From contig CM052818.1 of assembly GCA_028534125.1 (NCBI GenBank), forward strand, positions 18,106,001 through 18,170,000: a stretch of 64,000 nt of DNA, written 5' to 3'. The stretch is from Lama glama (Eukaryota). A program made the position numbers and the translations under genes. Positions 27,197 through 38,031 of this stretch are shown here, one piece after another. The first letter of the stretch is position 1; each line of letters begins with the position of its first letter. Below the pieces are notes generated by a model that was not told the origin of the DNA, did no database searches, and worked only from the letters and a program-made list of their open reading frames with translations.

Positions 27197-28499
27197 TCAA
27201 TGTGACTTACCCATTGTTTTGTGTATAGGAATTGAGAAAATATTGGTTGAATGAATGAATAAACATGAATAACTAGTTTTATGCTTGAGTAAAGAAGACT
27301 TCAGTGGCCACAGACAGCATGCAAACTCTGAATGCCCTTCCGTAAAGCTTGTTTTTGCTGGCATCCATTTGCAAGGGGTAGCATCCCTATGACAAAGTCG
27401 GTCCAAAGAGCAATCTAAGCCGCAATTGACAGAATGCGGCAAGGATTGTGGCTGAGTCCTCCTCAGGTCACTGCACAAATAGGCGAAAATAGAAAAGATT
27501 TGGGAACCATCGATATGCCTGTGATTACCCAAAAGTGTCTCCTGTATCGGCTTGCCGGGAGACTGAAATGTTTATAAGGGTTCCTTCTTTTGGTTTAGGC
27601 CTTCTCCCTGTGCCTCTTAATTGCAGTCTTCCTGGTAGATGTCTCATGTCTACTTAATAACTTTATCCTATGATCCCCTTTTTCCAGGTTGGAGAGAGGG
27701 TACCACAGGAAAAAATGAATGTCCTCCATGGAGAGGCTCCTGTGGGAAAAAAAAAGATCACCAAAGGACTAACTTATTTAATGTCACAAGTTTCCCAAAT
27801 GTGTACGTGACACGTGGGGTTGTGTATTTGTGTGGATCTATGTGCAAAAGGGTTTTCTCCTTTTGAAAGCAATTTTCCCAGTCACTGATAATCATGAAAA
27901 CATGCAAAAATTAGAATAAAAATTGTATTAACAACAAAATTATTTTCTGTTTACCTTGACCTGACCCAGAGCTGTCAGGAGAAAATCTCAGTGGGCAAGT
28001 TTGAAAACTGCAGACCCAGGGAGCCCCTGCTCTGTACAGGCTAGCAAAAATGATGGAAAGATGAATCTTCATTACCAATTACAGGCTGCCTGCTGTGCTC
28101 CCTGAAAAATGATCAAATCTGTCACCTCGTAAAAGCAAGTCACTGATGCATGCTCCTCTCCTGCCCACCCACCTGGGGCTGCATCTCTCCTGCCTGGTGT
28201 CCACACACAGTCTGCCGCAGCGTGATTTATGGCTCAGAAGGAAGAGGATGGCCAGATGAGGTGCATACAAGAGCAGAAGGAAACCTACACAAACCAACAA
28301 GGAGAAGACAGTAAAGGGCAGGACTGAACAGGCAAAAGGAATAAACAACTACTAAATAATTCAGTACAATTGCCCAAAGGAAAACAGATACTGAATGGGA
28401 ACAGAGGAAATAAATAGATCAAGGTGTAAACAGAGGGAAAAACAGAAGGGAAAGAAGGAGATGAAAGGGCTCACCCAAGGGAGACAAGCAAGAAGGCAT
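27197..28499 (-). CDS. Speculative 3-exon ORF (28499-28475, 28284-28173, 27470-27197): 136-aa hydrophobic-leader, Cys-rich peptide; no homolog recognised
   Basis: gccATG start, GT-AG introns with pyrimidine tracts, and phase-1 and phase-2 junctions that keep one frame open. No homology support, and the C-terminus runs into L2-like sequence. Confidence 0.15.
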
Positions 28500-29175
28500 G
28501 GCAGGGTCCTGGCAGGAATATTAATGACCCGATAAAGAATAGGGAAAAAAAAAGCCAGCTCATAATTTCTTCACAGTGGCTCCTTATGAGTCAGGTTTGC
28601 AATGCCTTCAGAAAGCCTTTTTCAGGCCATTTAGAGGATTTTTAAATCACATCATGTGAGCGTGGGGCAGGCAGAGACTTCCAGAAAGAGTGACCTGAGG
28701 ATTGTGGCTGAGGATGGAAAGCAAGACACTTTCACTTCATTCTAGAACTGAGATGCTACAGATTCTGACGTTAACAGTGAGGCCTCTCCCAGGTAAACGT
28801 TTTCACCCAGCCAGATGTGAGCAAGCCAACTTCATCTCGTGCTGCGGATGCTGCTCTGTCGGGGCTGCTTTGTTTTCCAACGGTCAGTGGAAGTTCTCCT
28901 TGAGTAACAAATGCAATGGAGACGAGAGGCAGTGGGACTGCAAACCTCCCTTGACAAGAAGGAATCTATCTGGGAAAGATGAACATGAGAAACTGGGGGA
29001 GAAACACTTGGCAGACACTTGTTGAGTACTTTGCTACGTGCGGATCTCTGCCCACTTCCGAGTGAATGAAGCAGGAGATCCGGGGGCAGCCTGATCACCT
29101 GCATCTGAGCAAACACTCAAGCTGACTGTGAGGTGATGATCTTATGACCATTTTTCCAGAAACAATTCTAGGGCT

Positions 29176-29447
29176 GCAATTCTTAACCTTTTTTTTGCAA
29201 TTATCACTCACTGAGAAGACTTTCTGACATTTATTTTCCTAACCACATTCCCCCATGAAAATTTAATACTCCCATGAAAATTTAAGAAAACATTAACTAA
29301 AATCTAATACTGCCTACTGTATATCTGTGTATGTACTGTGACCCTTTGGAGGGCCACAAACCATTTTAATGTATACATTTTTTTCACCTTCCAAGAACCA
29401 ACATCCTCACCTGTGGGGGGCTGTTTTTCTTCTGTTAAGATATCACT
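29176..29447 (-). mobile_element. MER119-like hAT-Charlie element
   Basis: cccatgaaaatttaatac...tactgtatatctgtgtatgtactgtgaccctttggagggccacaaaccatt...ccaagaaccaa; internal 15-bp duplication cccatgaaaatttaa. Confidence 0.65.
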
Positions 29448-31064
29448 CAGGTGCTAGGGGTTCAGTAGCAGATGAGAACCCTATAGATAGCTCCGGTTGG
29501 GTTCAATCAATACTCACTGAGCACAAATTGTGTGTCAGGCACTGTGCTAGACCCTAGGGGCACTAGGGACATAAATGAGGAATAGATTGTCCCTAACTAA
29601 CACTCACTGGGAGATAGATGTAGTCAAGACATCATTCCAGTATAACATGGGAAGCTACAGAATAGAGTCAAGCAAAGGATGCCTTCATTCCACAGAGGAA
29701 GATGTCCAGGTGGAAGATGAAGGAAGAGGAGAAGGCATGTATGCTGATTCATGAAGTTGAGAGATGTTACCCAAAGAAAGATGGTTAGCTAAACCAATCT
29801 TCAAGGACCATGTGGCTTTGGACTGGTTCCAGAATTATGCCTGGGATTTGACAGACAGCTGTTTGAGATTTGTCCACTGGGTATTAAGAGACAGATTTGG
29901 AACAAGGAAAGGTTTCTCTCTTTTACAAATGCAATTGGCTTATGTGTACATTGAGTGTACAACCTAAGAAATCTTTGAAGAATCCACTTTTATAAGTGGG
30001 AGAGAGAGGTTGGTGTGTGTGTGTCCACCAACTCTGCACAGCATTAGATTCCTAGCAAGCAACACAGAAGTATGAGCTTTTGGATGTATTATTTATTTTG
30101 GAGAGCACCATCAGTGAGCAGAACCCCCAACACCAAGTGTGTTAAGTCCATGGAATTTTTTGCCCTTTGTCTCCATCTATCAGTAAAGAATCAGGTGGTA
30201 AGTAGCAGGCTACCCTGGACACACCATGGCTTCCTCTCTCATCACTTTGCAAAGAGAGGGACCTCTCTGGGCAGTTAGTCTCACAACCACAAGTTCATCA
30301 GTATGAGGAAGCTCTTATTTGTCCACCTCACTTCAGACAATCAGGGCTGAGCTGAAAGATTACATGTCCCCTGAGGTCCGCGTTCTCCTACAATGAAATG
30401 CTCTACTCATGGTTCATGTCTCTATAGCGTGTGAGTGAACATTAACGTCTTGCTCTGCCCTATAAAGTCTCTACTCAGAGAATACGTTTCTTTGCCTGAA
30501 GAACAGTCATGGCTGAGGCCAGCAGGTGCCCAGCCAGGTGCTGTGGAGGGTTACAGAGTGTCAGGCACAGGGATTAGGATTCTACTTCCGAGCTGGACAC
30601 GTGCATCAAAAGATAACAGCACGAGAAAACTCATGTGGGTTAGCATTCACCAAAGTGTTAAAAGGATTCACTTGAATAGAACAAAAAGGTCCCATGCTTA
30701 AGTAAGCTTAAGAACATGAGAGTAAACTAAGTCCAGTAACCTTTTCAAGTTCTTCATGGAGTCTTTAAAATGCGAATATGAGTTGTGGAGTTGTGAATTC
30801 CTAAAAGCAGAATGGCCGTATAATGTATGAGCCGACCTGGAACCCTTACTAGAGGGAAAGGAAAGAATTAAAAATCATATGTCAGATTCACAGACACAAA
30901 ACAGAACCATCTCGGGCATCCTGGGATATATGGTCACTCTATTTGAAAAGGCAATAGAATGTCTGTGTTTGCCAAACTCATTCCATGTTTGGCAACTTGT
31001 AATTGTTGCTGTTAAGCTTCCATAAAGAAATGTTAAGACCAATGCTTGTGTAACAGGAGAAGGT

Positions 31065-31440
31065 GTGGTGTAGAGGAAAGGGGCACAGTTACTACAGGCA
31101 GATGGATTTGGGTTCAAAACCCAGCTCTACCAGATACTGACAAATACTAGAGCAGTGGTTCTCAGGGTGCAGTCCTCAAACTTGGAGAGTTAGTATCATA
31201 TGGAAACTTGTTAGAAATGTCAAGTCTATGGTCTTGCCCCAGACCTACTGAATCAAAAACTGTGGGGATAGGAAACAGCAGTCTGTGCTTAACAGGCTCC
31301 TCGGTAATTCTGAAACACACTGAATCAGACACTTCATTTGACCTCTCAGAGCCTCAGTTTAGCCATTTAAGAAATGGTGCTAATAACCTGCCCCATGGAC
31401 TACCCATGGCTTAAGGTAGGTATGTGAAAACGTTTGCTAC
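31065..31440 (+). mobile_element. MIR SINE split by MER5A
   Basis: gtggtgtagaggaaag...tgggttcaaaacccagctctacc | MER5A | ttgacctctcagagcctcagttt. Confidence 0.75.
31153..31325 (+). mobile_element. MER5A hAT-Charlie element
   Basis: cagtggttctca...gaaacttgttagaaatg...ccccagacctactgaatcaaaaact...ggtaattctga. Confidence 0.85.
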
Positions 31441-32859
31441 CTTAATCAATCTATTCGTCCTTTCAGAGTTACAGATGGCACACTTAAAATATTAAATAAA
31501 AAGAGTCCAATGAAGACATAAATGTGGGCAGGGTTGATGAAACCCACTCCCAAGGCCAGGGTCAATCGTCTACACTGCCCAATACAGAGCAGGTAGAATG
31601 GATGTTGGAGAGATGCTCACCATGTGCATTACTCTTTCTTGCATCATGGCACATACGACTATTCCAACTCTCTGCTATATGTCTGTCCCTTTCATCAGAC
31701 CATAAGTTCCCTAAGGGCAGAGATCATGTCACCCACATTTATTTTTCTATACCCAGCACAAAGGAGGTTCTCAACTCGTTTGAATAAAGGATCACATGGT
31801 TTAAAAAATAGTCTCTGAATTGTCTTGACACATCAGAAAAAGAGGAGAGAGCTGACAGTGAGATAACAAACTCCCTTTGCCATGTACCAGCCCAGAAGAT
31901 TTGTTACCAGCCCAGAGCAAATTGTTCCAGTTCCTTGCTTAGATTTCTGCATCTTTTAAAACAAAGGCATAATGCATGAGGCTAAAGATGGAGTCTCAGC
32001 AGCATATCTTTTCTGGATATTGCTATTTCAAGCTTCCTTCTGCTGTGTGCACAGCTCCACTGCAATGTATACATGCCTCATTGGAAACACACTTCGCTCT
32101 GGGTTGGGTCAGTTTGATAATCATCATCCGTTTGGCAGGTCATTGGAAAGATGGAAAAGCAAATGGTTTCCTATGATTCACAGGGTAAATTACCCCTCAA
32201 TTTACAGATGAGTACATTGAGGCTCAGAGAAAAAATTAGTCAATCCAAAGCAACTTTTCACTTGAGGGTGCACTGTAATTTGGAAGAAAGTGTGACTCTC
32301 CTGGTCTGCTTAGGCAGAATGCTTTAACCAATCCCTCTTACCTCTCTACACTGCGCTGCAAAGTCTGAAAGCAAGCAGAGCTGTGGTCAGCTAAAGAGAT
32401 TCTGTGCATTCCATCTATTGTTCTGCCTTGTGACAAAACCCATTTAGACTCAGCATCTAGTTTTGACCCATCAGTTTCCTTAGAAACCCCAAATTTTCCT
32501 CAGTATTACATTCCTTTCTCTCCCTGGAATTTCTTTTCTGATACAGCTTTCAGCTCCTCTGAATTTAATGAGCAATGCCCAGCATATGTACAGGAAATAT
32601 TTAGATCCAGTTTTATTCCCTCCTTGAACTCCTATTTGGTTCTGTCTGTCTGGATGTCTTTATCCAAGTGATAATTGTTTTGGGTCTCCTGCTCTCTTTA
32701 GGTTATTTAATTTCCTCCCAGTATTTTTAGGACATAAACTAAAGACTTCATATAATCTCCAAAACCTGCTCCCTAGTTGATTAATCATCTCCATTGTCAA
32801 AAATTACAAACTGGGTTACATATTCTTTTAGTGTTGCTCATTGATACAATTTCCCAATG

Positions 32860-33250
32860 GTGCACAAGCCAATTCAACTTCTGTGGTTCCTTCTGCCTCT
32901 GGTGACCTTCACCTTCCTAAAGTATTTAATCAGAGGCCAGCATTGTTTAAGACACCGTTCCCAGGCTCTAACATACACCTATCAATGGTAACAATAATAT
33001 TAATGCTGAATAACTTCAGCAGGCATTTTTCTCTTACTATCTTAATCAACCTCTGAAGAGCCTTTGACACAACTGACCCCCTTTGCCTCCAAAAAACATG
33101 TTTGGCTTTCCTGTGACATCATACCCTTCTGGTTTTCTTCCTATCTCACTGCCCTTTACTTTTTCTCCTCTACTTGATGCGTGCATGCTGGAGCATTCCA
33201 GGCTCTACCTCTCCTCTCTTCTCCATCTGTACCCCTCTCTCTCCCTGGGG
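32860..33250 (+). mobile_element. L2 LINE fragment
   Basis: tcttaatcaacctctgaagagcctttgacacaactgacc...tggctttcctgtgacatcatacccttctggttttcttcctatctcactg. Confidence 0.7.
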
Positions 33251-34989
33251 ATAGAGCTCGGATTTAGGATTCTAGAGTATGAGCAGTTCTAGTGACATCA
33301 GGTTCTAAACAGATCTGAGTAGGGCTGTTACTAAGATTGAGTAGATAAAGAAACCAGGAATCTAAGGCTTGGAACCAGTTGCCCACATGAACTTTGAAAT
33401 CATGGCAGGCAGTGGGGTAAGATAGCCACTGGGAGTCAGGTTCCAGGTCATTTGATGAATTTGAAGGTAACACTGGAGGCATGGATGAGAGGGCATAATA
33501 ACAAGAACCAAAAGGGGCCTGGAGGCCTGAGTGTGTCTTTGGGACCTGAAGAGTGTAAAAACCTCACCTCTCAATTTGAATAATTTCAGTCACTACTGAC
33601 CTTTCTCCTCTGGACCACTCACAGCAAGTTGCTGAATATACATTTATGACTTTAATTTTATTTACTTTTCATTAAATATGTCAATAGATATGGCCTTGTA
33701 CTGTCCTCTGTCTTTGACCATATTGCCAGCTCTGGGCCCTAGGAGGGAAGAAACTGGGTTACCTATTCTTTTAGTGCTGCTCATTCATACAACTTCATAT
33801 AAATAATAGACTAGCATCTGGTGCAAGTCTGGGTGAGAAGTCCTCAATAAGTATTAATACAGCTCGTGGAAGCAGTATTACCTTTTCCCTCAGAGTTGTA
33901 AAAGATTTGGGGCCTAGAAAGTTCATTGTACCTTCTTTTTCTGTAAGTGACAGTCATCCCATCTATGCAGACCTAGTGTAGCCATAGACTCAAGCCGGCC
34001 AAGGGGGACTGAGGGCTCAGGAATGCTGCCTTGCATCCTTATGGTGAGTCTGGTCTTGAGAACCTGGTTTGTGAGTGTCTTATATATGGAATAAACTGTG
34101 GTGGGAGGGGATGCTTAGATGTTTGTCTCTATGAGCAGGGAAGTGATAAGACCATTCCATCATTCTCAGGGGAACAGTTTGTATAAAGGGGGAAAGCATC
34201 ACACTCTTCACCCCGGTGACTGGAGAACGCAGACCCACCATCCTTGACTCAAGACTTGAGTTGATTCTTACAAATAAGACCAAATCCAAAAGTACCAGAA
34301 ATAGCCTCTCCACCCCTCATCTTCATCTACCATGTTTTCATTTGCCAAATCATACTGGATCTTTTTTTTTTTGAAACAATCTCACTCATCTATTCAAAAA
34401 CATATATTGCATCCCTAATATCTGCCAGTCATTGTACTAGGTAAAGAGACAACAGAGATGAATCAAACTTACGAATTCCCTGTCTTTAAGAAGTTCTCAG
34501 TCTATTGTGTGTTGGGGTTGGGTGTTACTGAAGTCAGCAGCCTAAGACAGAGAAGCAAGTACTAGAGTCGGTGAACACCTAGGGGCTTATGGGCATACCA
34601 GGGAAAACCCGATCCCAGAGTGGGATGTAGTAAAAGCTTTCCACATGACCTGATCCCTGTGCTGTGTGTTATGAAACTAGTACCAGTAATCAGCAGACTC
34701 TGGGGTTCCCAGCAGAGCTTGTGCTAAGGCACAGTGGTGAGGGAGTGTGGAGAATTGTGGGAATTGCCTCAGGATGGCATATTTTCCCACTTCCACTTAT
34801 ATCTGCGTGCTCTGGACACCAACATTGTAAACTCAATGTCACTGGTATCAATTTAGGATTTTTAAGGAGGGCCAGAGGCATCATTTCATGAGTGAAATTA
34901 AGTATAAGAGCTAGAAAAGACCACTGGAAGAACAAAAACTTTAGAAAAGCGATGGAAGCAATTCCATGTTGAGAATACAGCCAAAGATA

Positions 34990-35557
34990 ACGACACTAAC
35001 CTGAAAAGGTATCTGCACCCCCATGTTCATGGTAGCATTATTTATAATAACCAAGACATAAAAACAACCTGTGTGTCCATCAAAGGATGAATGAAGAAGT
35101 TATGCATATATGTGCACAATGGAATATAATTCAGCCATAGAAAACGAGGAGACCCTACCATTTGTGACAACATGGATGGAATTTGAAGGCATTATGCTAA
35201 GCGAAATAAGTCAGAAAAAGACAAATTCTGTATAATCTCACTTATATGTGGAATCTAAAAAAAGAAAAAAAACTCATAGAAAAAGAGGTTGGACTTGGGT
35301 GAGGAGAAAGGGAATTGGATGAAGGTTCTCAAAAGGTACAAATATCCAGTTACAAGATAAATAAGCACTGAGGATGTAATGTACAACATGGTGACTACAG
35401 CTGCTATGTGATATATAGGAAAGCTGTTAAGAGAATAAACCCTAAGAGTTCTCATCACAAGGAGAAAAAATTTTTTGCTTTATTCTTTTCTTCTTTCTTT
35501 TCTTTTTATTGTATCTTTATGAGAAGACAGATGTTAGCTGAACCTACTGTGATATAG

Positions 35558-35594
<37 letters not shown>

Positions 35595-35657
35595 CATCAT
35601 GCTGTTTGCCTTAAACTTACACAGTGATGTATGTCCATTATTTCTCAAAAAAACTGA
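34990..35657 (+). mobile_element. L1 3' end (L1MA-like, eutherian/laurasiatherian)
   Basis: atctgcacccccatgttcatggtagcattattt...caatggaatataattcagcc...ccatttgtgacaacatggatgg...agagttctcatcacaagg...ccttaaacttacacagtgatgtatgtc. Confidence 0.9.
35559..35590. repeat. (TG)16 microsatellite
   Basis: Read directly. Confidence 0.95.
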
Positions 35658-37982
35658 GGGGAAAAGTCAATGGAGTTTTTGAAGATTCTGCAATTCCTCA
35701 GGACTCACAAAAGGCAGCTCTGGCAGAGAAAACAGAGAATCCTCTCTTCTCTCTACTTCTCCCAGCCAAGTTAAAGAAGAAGAGAAGTGAAATAGTACTT
35801 TTGTTTTCTCTGGTGATTTGGTCTATGCATATTTGATAAATTTCTAGAAGTAGGCACAGCAGCAGCCCATCCCATGCAGGGTCTGACAGACTCTTCTGTC
35901 CCAGGCACAGTTTTCGACACTGTGGATACGGCAACACACAGGACCTGTTGCAGCCCTCTGAGCAGACGACTCAGCTTTTCGGCTCCCGTTCACCAGCACA
36001 GCCACCACCCCTGGGGGGAGCTGCCCAGGGTTGTAGGCTGGGAAGACATTAGCAGCCACCTGATCCAAGTCTCATCAGAGGTAGCTACACGCCCTGGGCA
36101 CTCCGGGCCCTGAAGCTTCATCACTAAAGGACACAAGATCAAGCTCGCCTAATAATTGTTTAGACCAAGAAAATGAATGTAACTAGTCCTAAAATTCCCT
36201 GATGTTTGTGCACATCCGTAGCTGCCGGTCACATCGTATCCATCATCCCTGGGATTCTGGATTCTGCCAAGTCTAAGCAACAGCCCGAATCCAGCACTTC
36301 TGTGCATTTGGAATTTATGGCTGCATTTCTATTAGTTCCCAAAAGTCTTCACTAGATTAAAACTGCATTAGAAATTAGATTTTTTTCTTCTTTTGCTCCT
36401 GAAGAGGGTAATAAAAATAACCCAATAAATCTGGTAAATTAGCAATAAGATCTCAAACCTTAGGGCATATGTGCAACTATGCTGTTGGGGAAGAAATGTA
36501 AAACTATTGACAGCTGACCCAATCAGATTACATATTACTACTTACAAGCAGGAAGGATAAAAGACAATTCCTCCATCTAAATTGAACCAAGTTCACCACA
36601 AGGAAGAAAAAAATCTCAGAGGTGGAGAATATCATTGTTTTATTTCCTGTGCAGCTACCATAATCTTATGTAAAAGAGAACATTTGAAAAGATTGTTTCT
36701 TAAGTGCTTTTTTTCTCACTTAAAAGTTAGAAACTTGGACAGATGTGGGTTTTGGGCCGTTTCCCCTCCGAGACTCACTGGCTGTGGTACTGGGCTAGAA
36801 CTGTCTGGATTTACGGTCCCTTGATTGTAATAAAAGAAATACTAATTCCAAGTTCATGAGGAGCACTTATAAAAGGAAAGTAAGGATGTTATTCACTGAA
36901 AAGCTTATAAGCATCCAGACTGTCAAGATCTACTTTATCTGAAAGGAGAACAGGAGAATCGGGGGACATAGGCGGCTACTTGTTTCAGGGCTGTAATGGA
37001 GTAAGTTATGAGTAATTGACTTCCCTGTCTTCAACACCCAACTCTCCCTGAAATAACTCTCTTTCCAGACAGTGGCTCATACCCTCTGTCTAGAGGGGCT
37101 GTCATACACTTAAAAAGCAAAGAAAAGCCAAACAAATAAAACACTTTGTTTCCTAAATCTTCCATAGCAAAACACACAGCCTCAGGTACACAGGCTAAGT
37201 GTGAATGCCCTTGCACTCAGTATTCACTCAGCCCGTACCATGTGCTCCCAGATTTCAGGCCCTTTGCTGGACCTTCAGTGGTAAAAGTCTGGGTCTCTGC
37301 TCTGAGGAGGTCACCAGCAGAGCTCCCCCAAGGGGAGGAAGCTTTTCAGATATTCTATTTTCCACCTGCAATATAGTCCTTTAACTTATTTCCATATATT
37401 CCAGGCCTGCATTTTCATAAAAGCTCTATTACAGTTTCACCACTTTTGTGAAACATCCCCTGAGCTGACCCTTTTTCTCTCCTCTGGGCACATCTTGCTG
37501 TTCAGTCCTCTTGGCATTTAATATTTCATACCCTAACTTGTGACATAAATTGTAGGACGATGATGGTGATGATGATGTTAACATAACCTATGCATTTGCT
37601 TTATTTTCCCAGGTCACCACATCCTTGAAAGCAAAGACATCTTCATCTATGTTTTTTGGGATCCTTCACAAAGCATCCCTGTATGGGCAGTAGGCATTCA
37701 GTGACGTTTTTTGAAAGAAGGAAGGAAGGAGAGAGGGAGGAAGGTAAGAAGGGCGGAACTGACTAATTATTGGCAAATTCTAATCTACCCAATCAAATCC
37801 TCACGCATGTTAGTCCCTCTCATAAAAGGCTACACATCTGCTGCAAATCACGATGGATATCAGGTAAGTAAGAATGTTATGATAATACTGAATTTGCTCT
37901 GTAAACTAGAAAGGTGAGTTTAGTGGCCTTATGTGATGACATGACCTTTTATGATTTCTGTTTAGCTGTGTGCTTCTGTGAG

Positions 37983-38031
37983 TGTGTGTTTGTGTGTGTG
38001 TGTATATCTGTGTGTGTGTGTGTGTGTGTGT
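37983..38031. repeat. Imperfect (TG)n microsatellite
   Basis: Read directly. Confidence 0.9.

Noticed and set aside
35844..36123. GC-richer patch with overlapping ORFs and a minus-strand acceptor
   Set aside because: No recognisable protein in any frame and no good donor. It may be regulatory, but I have no specific support.
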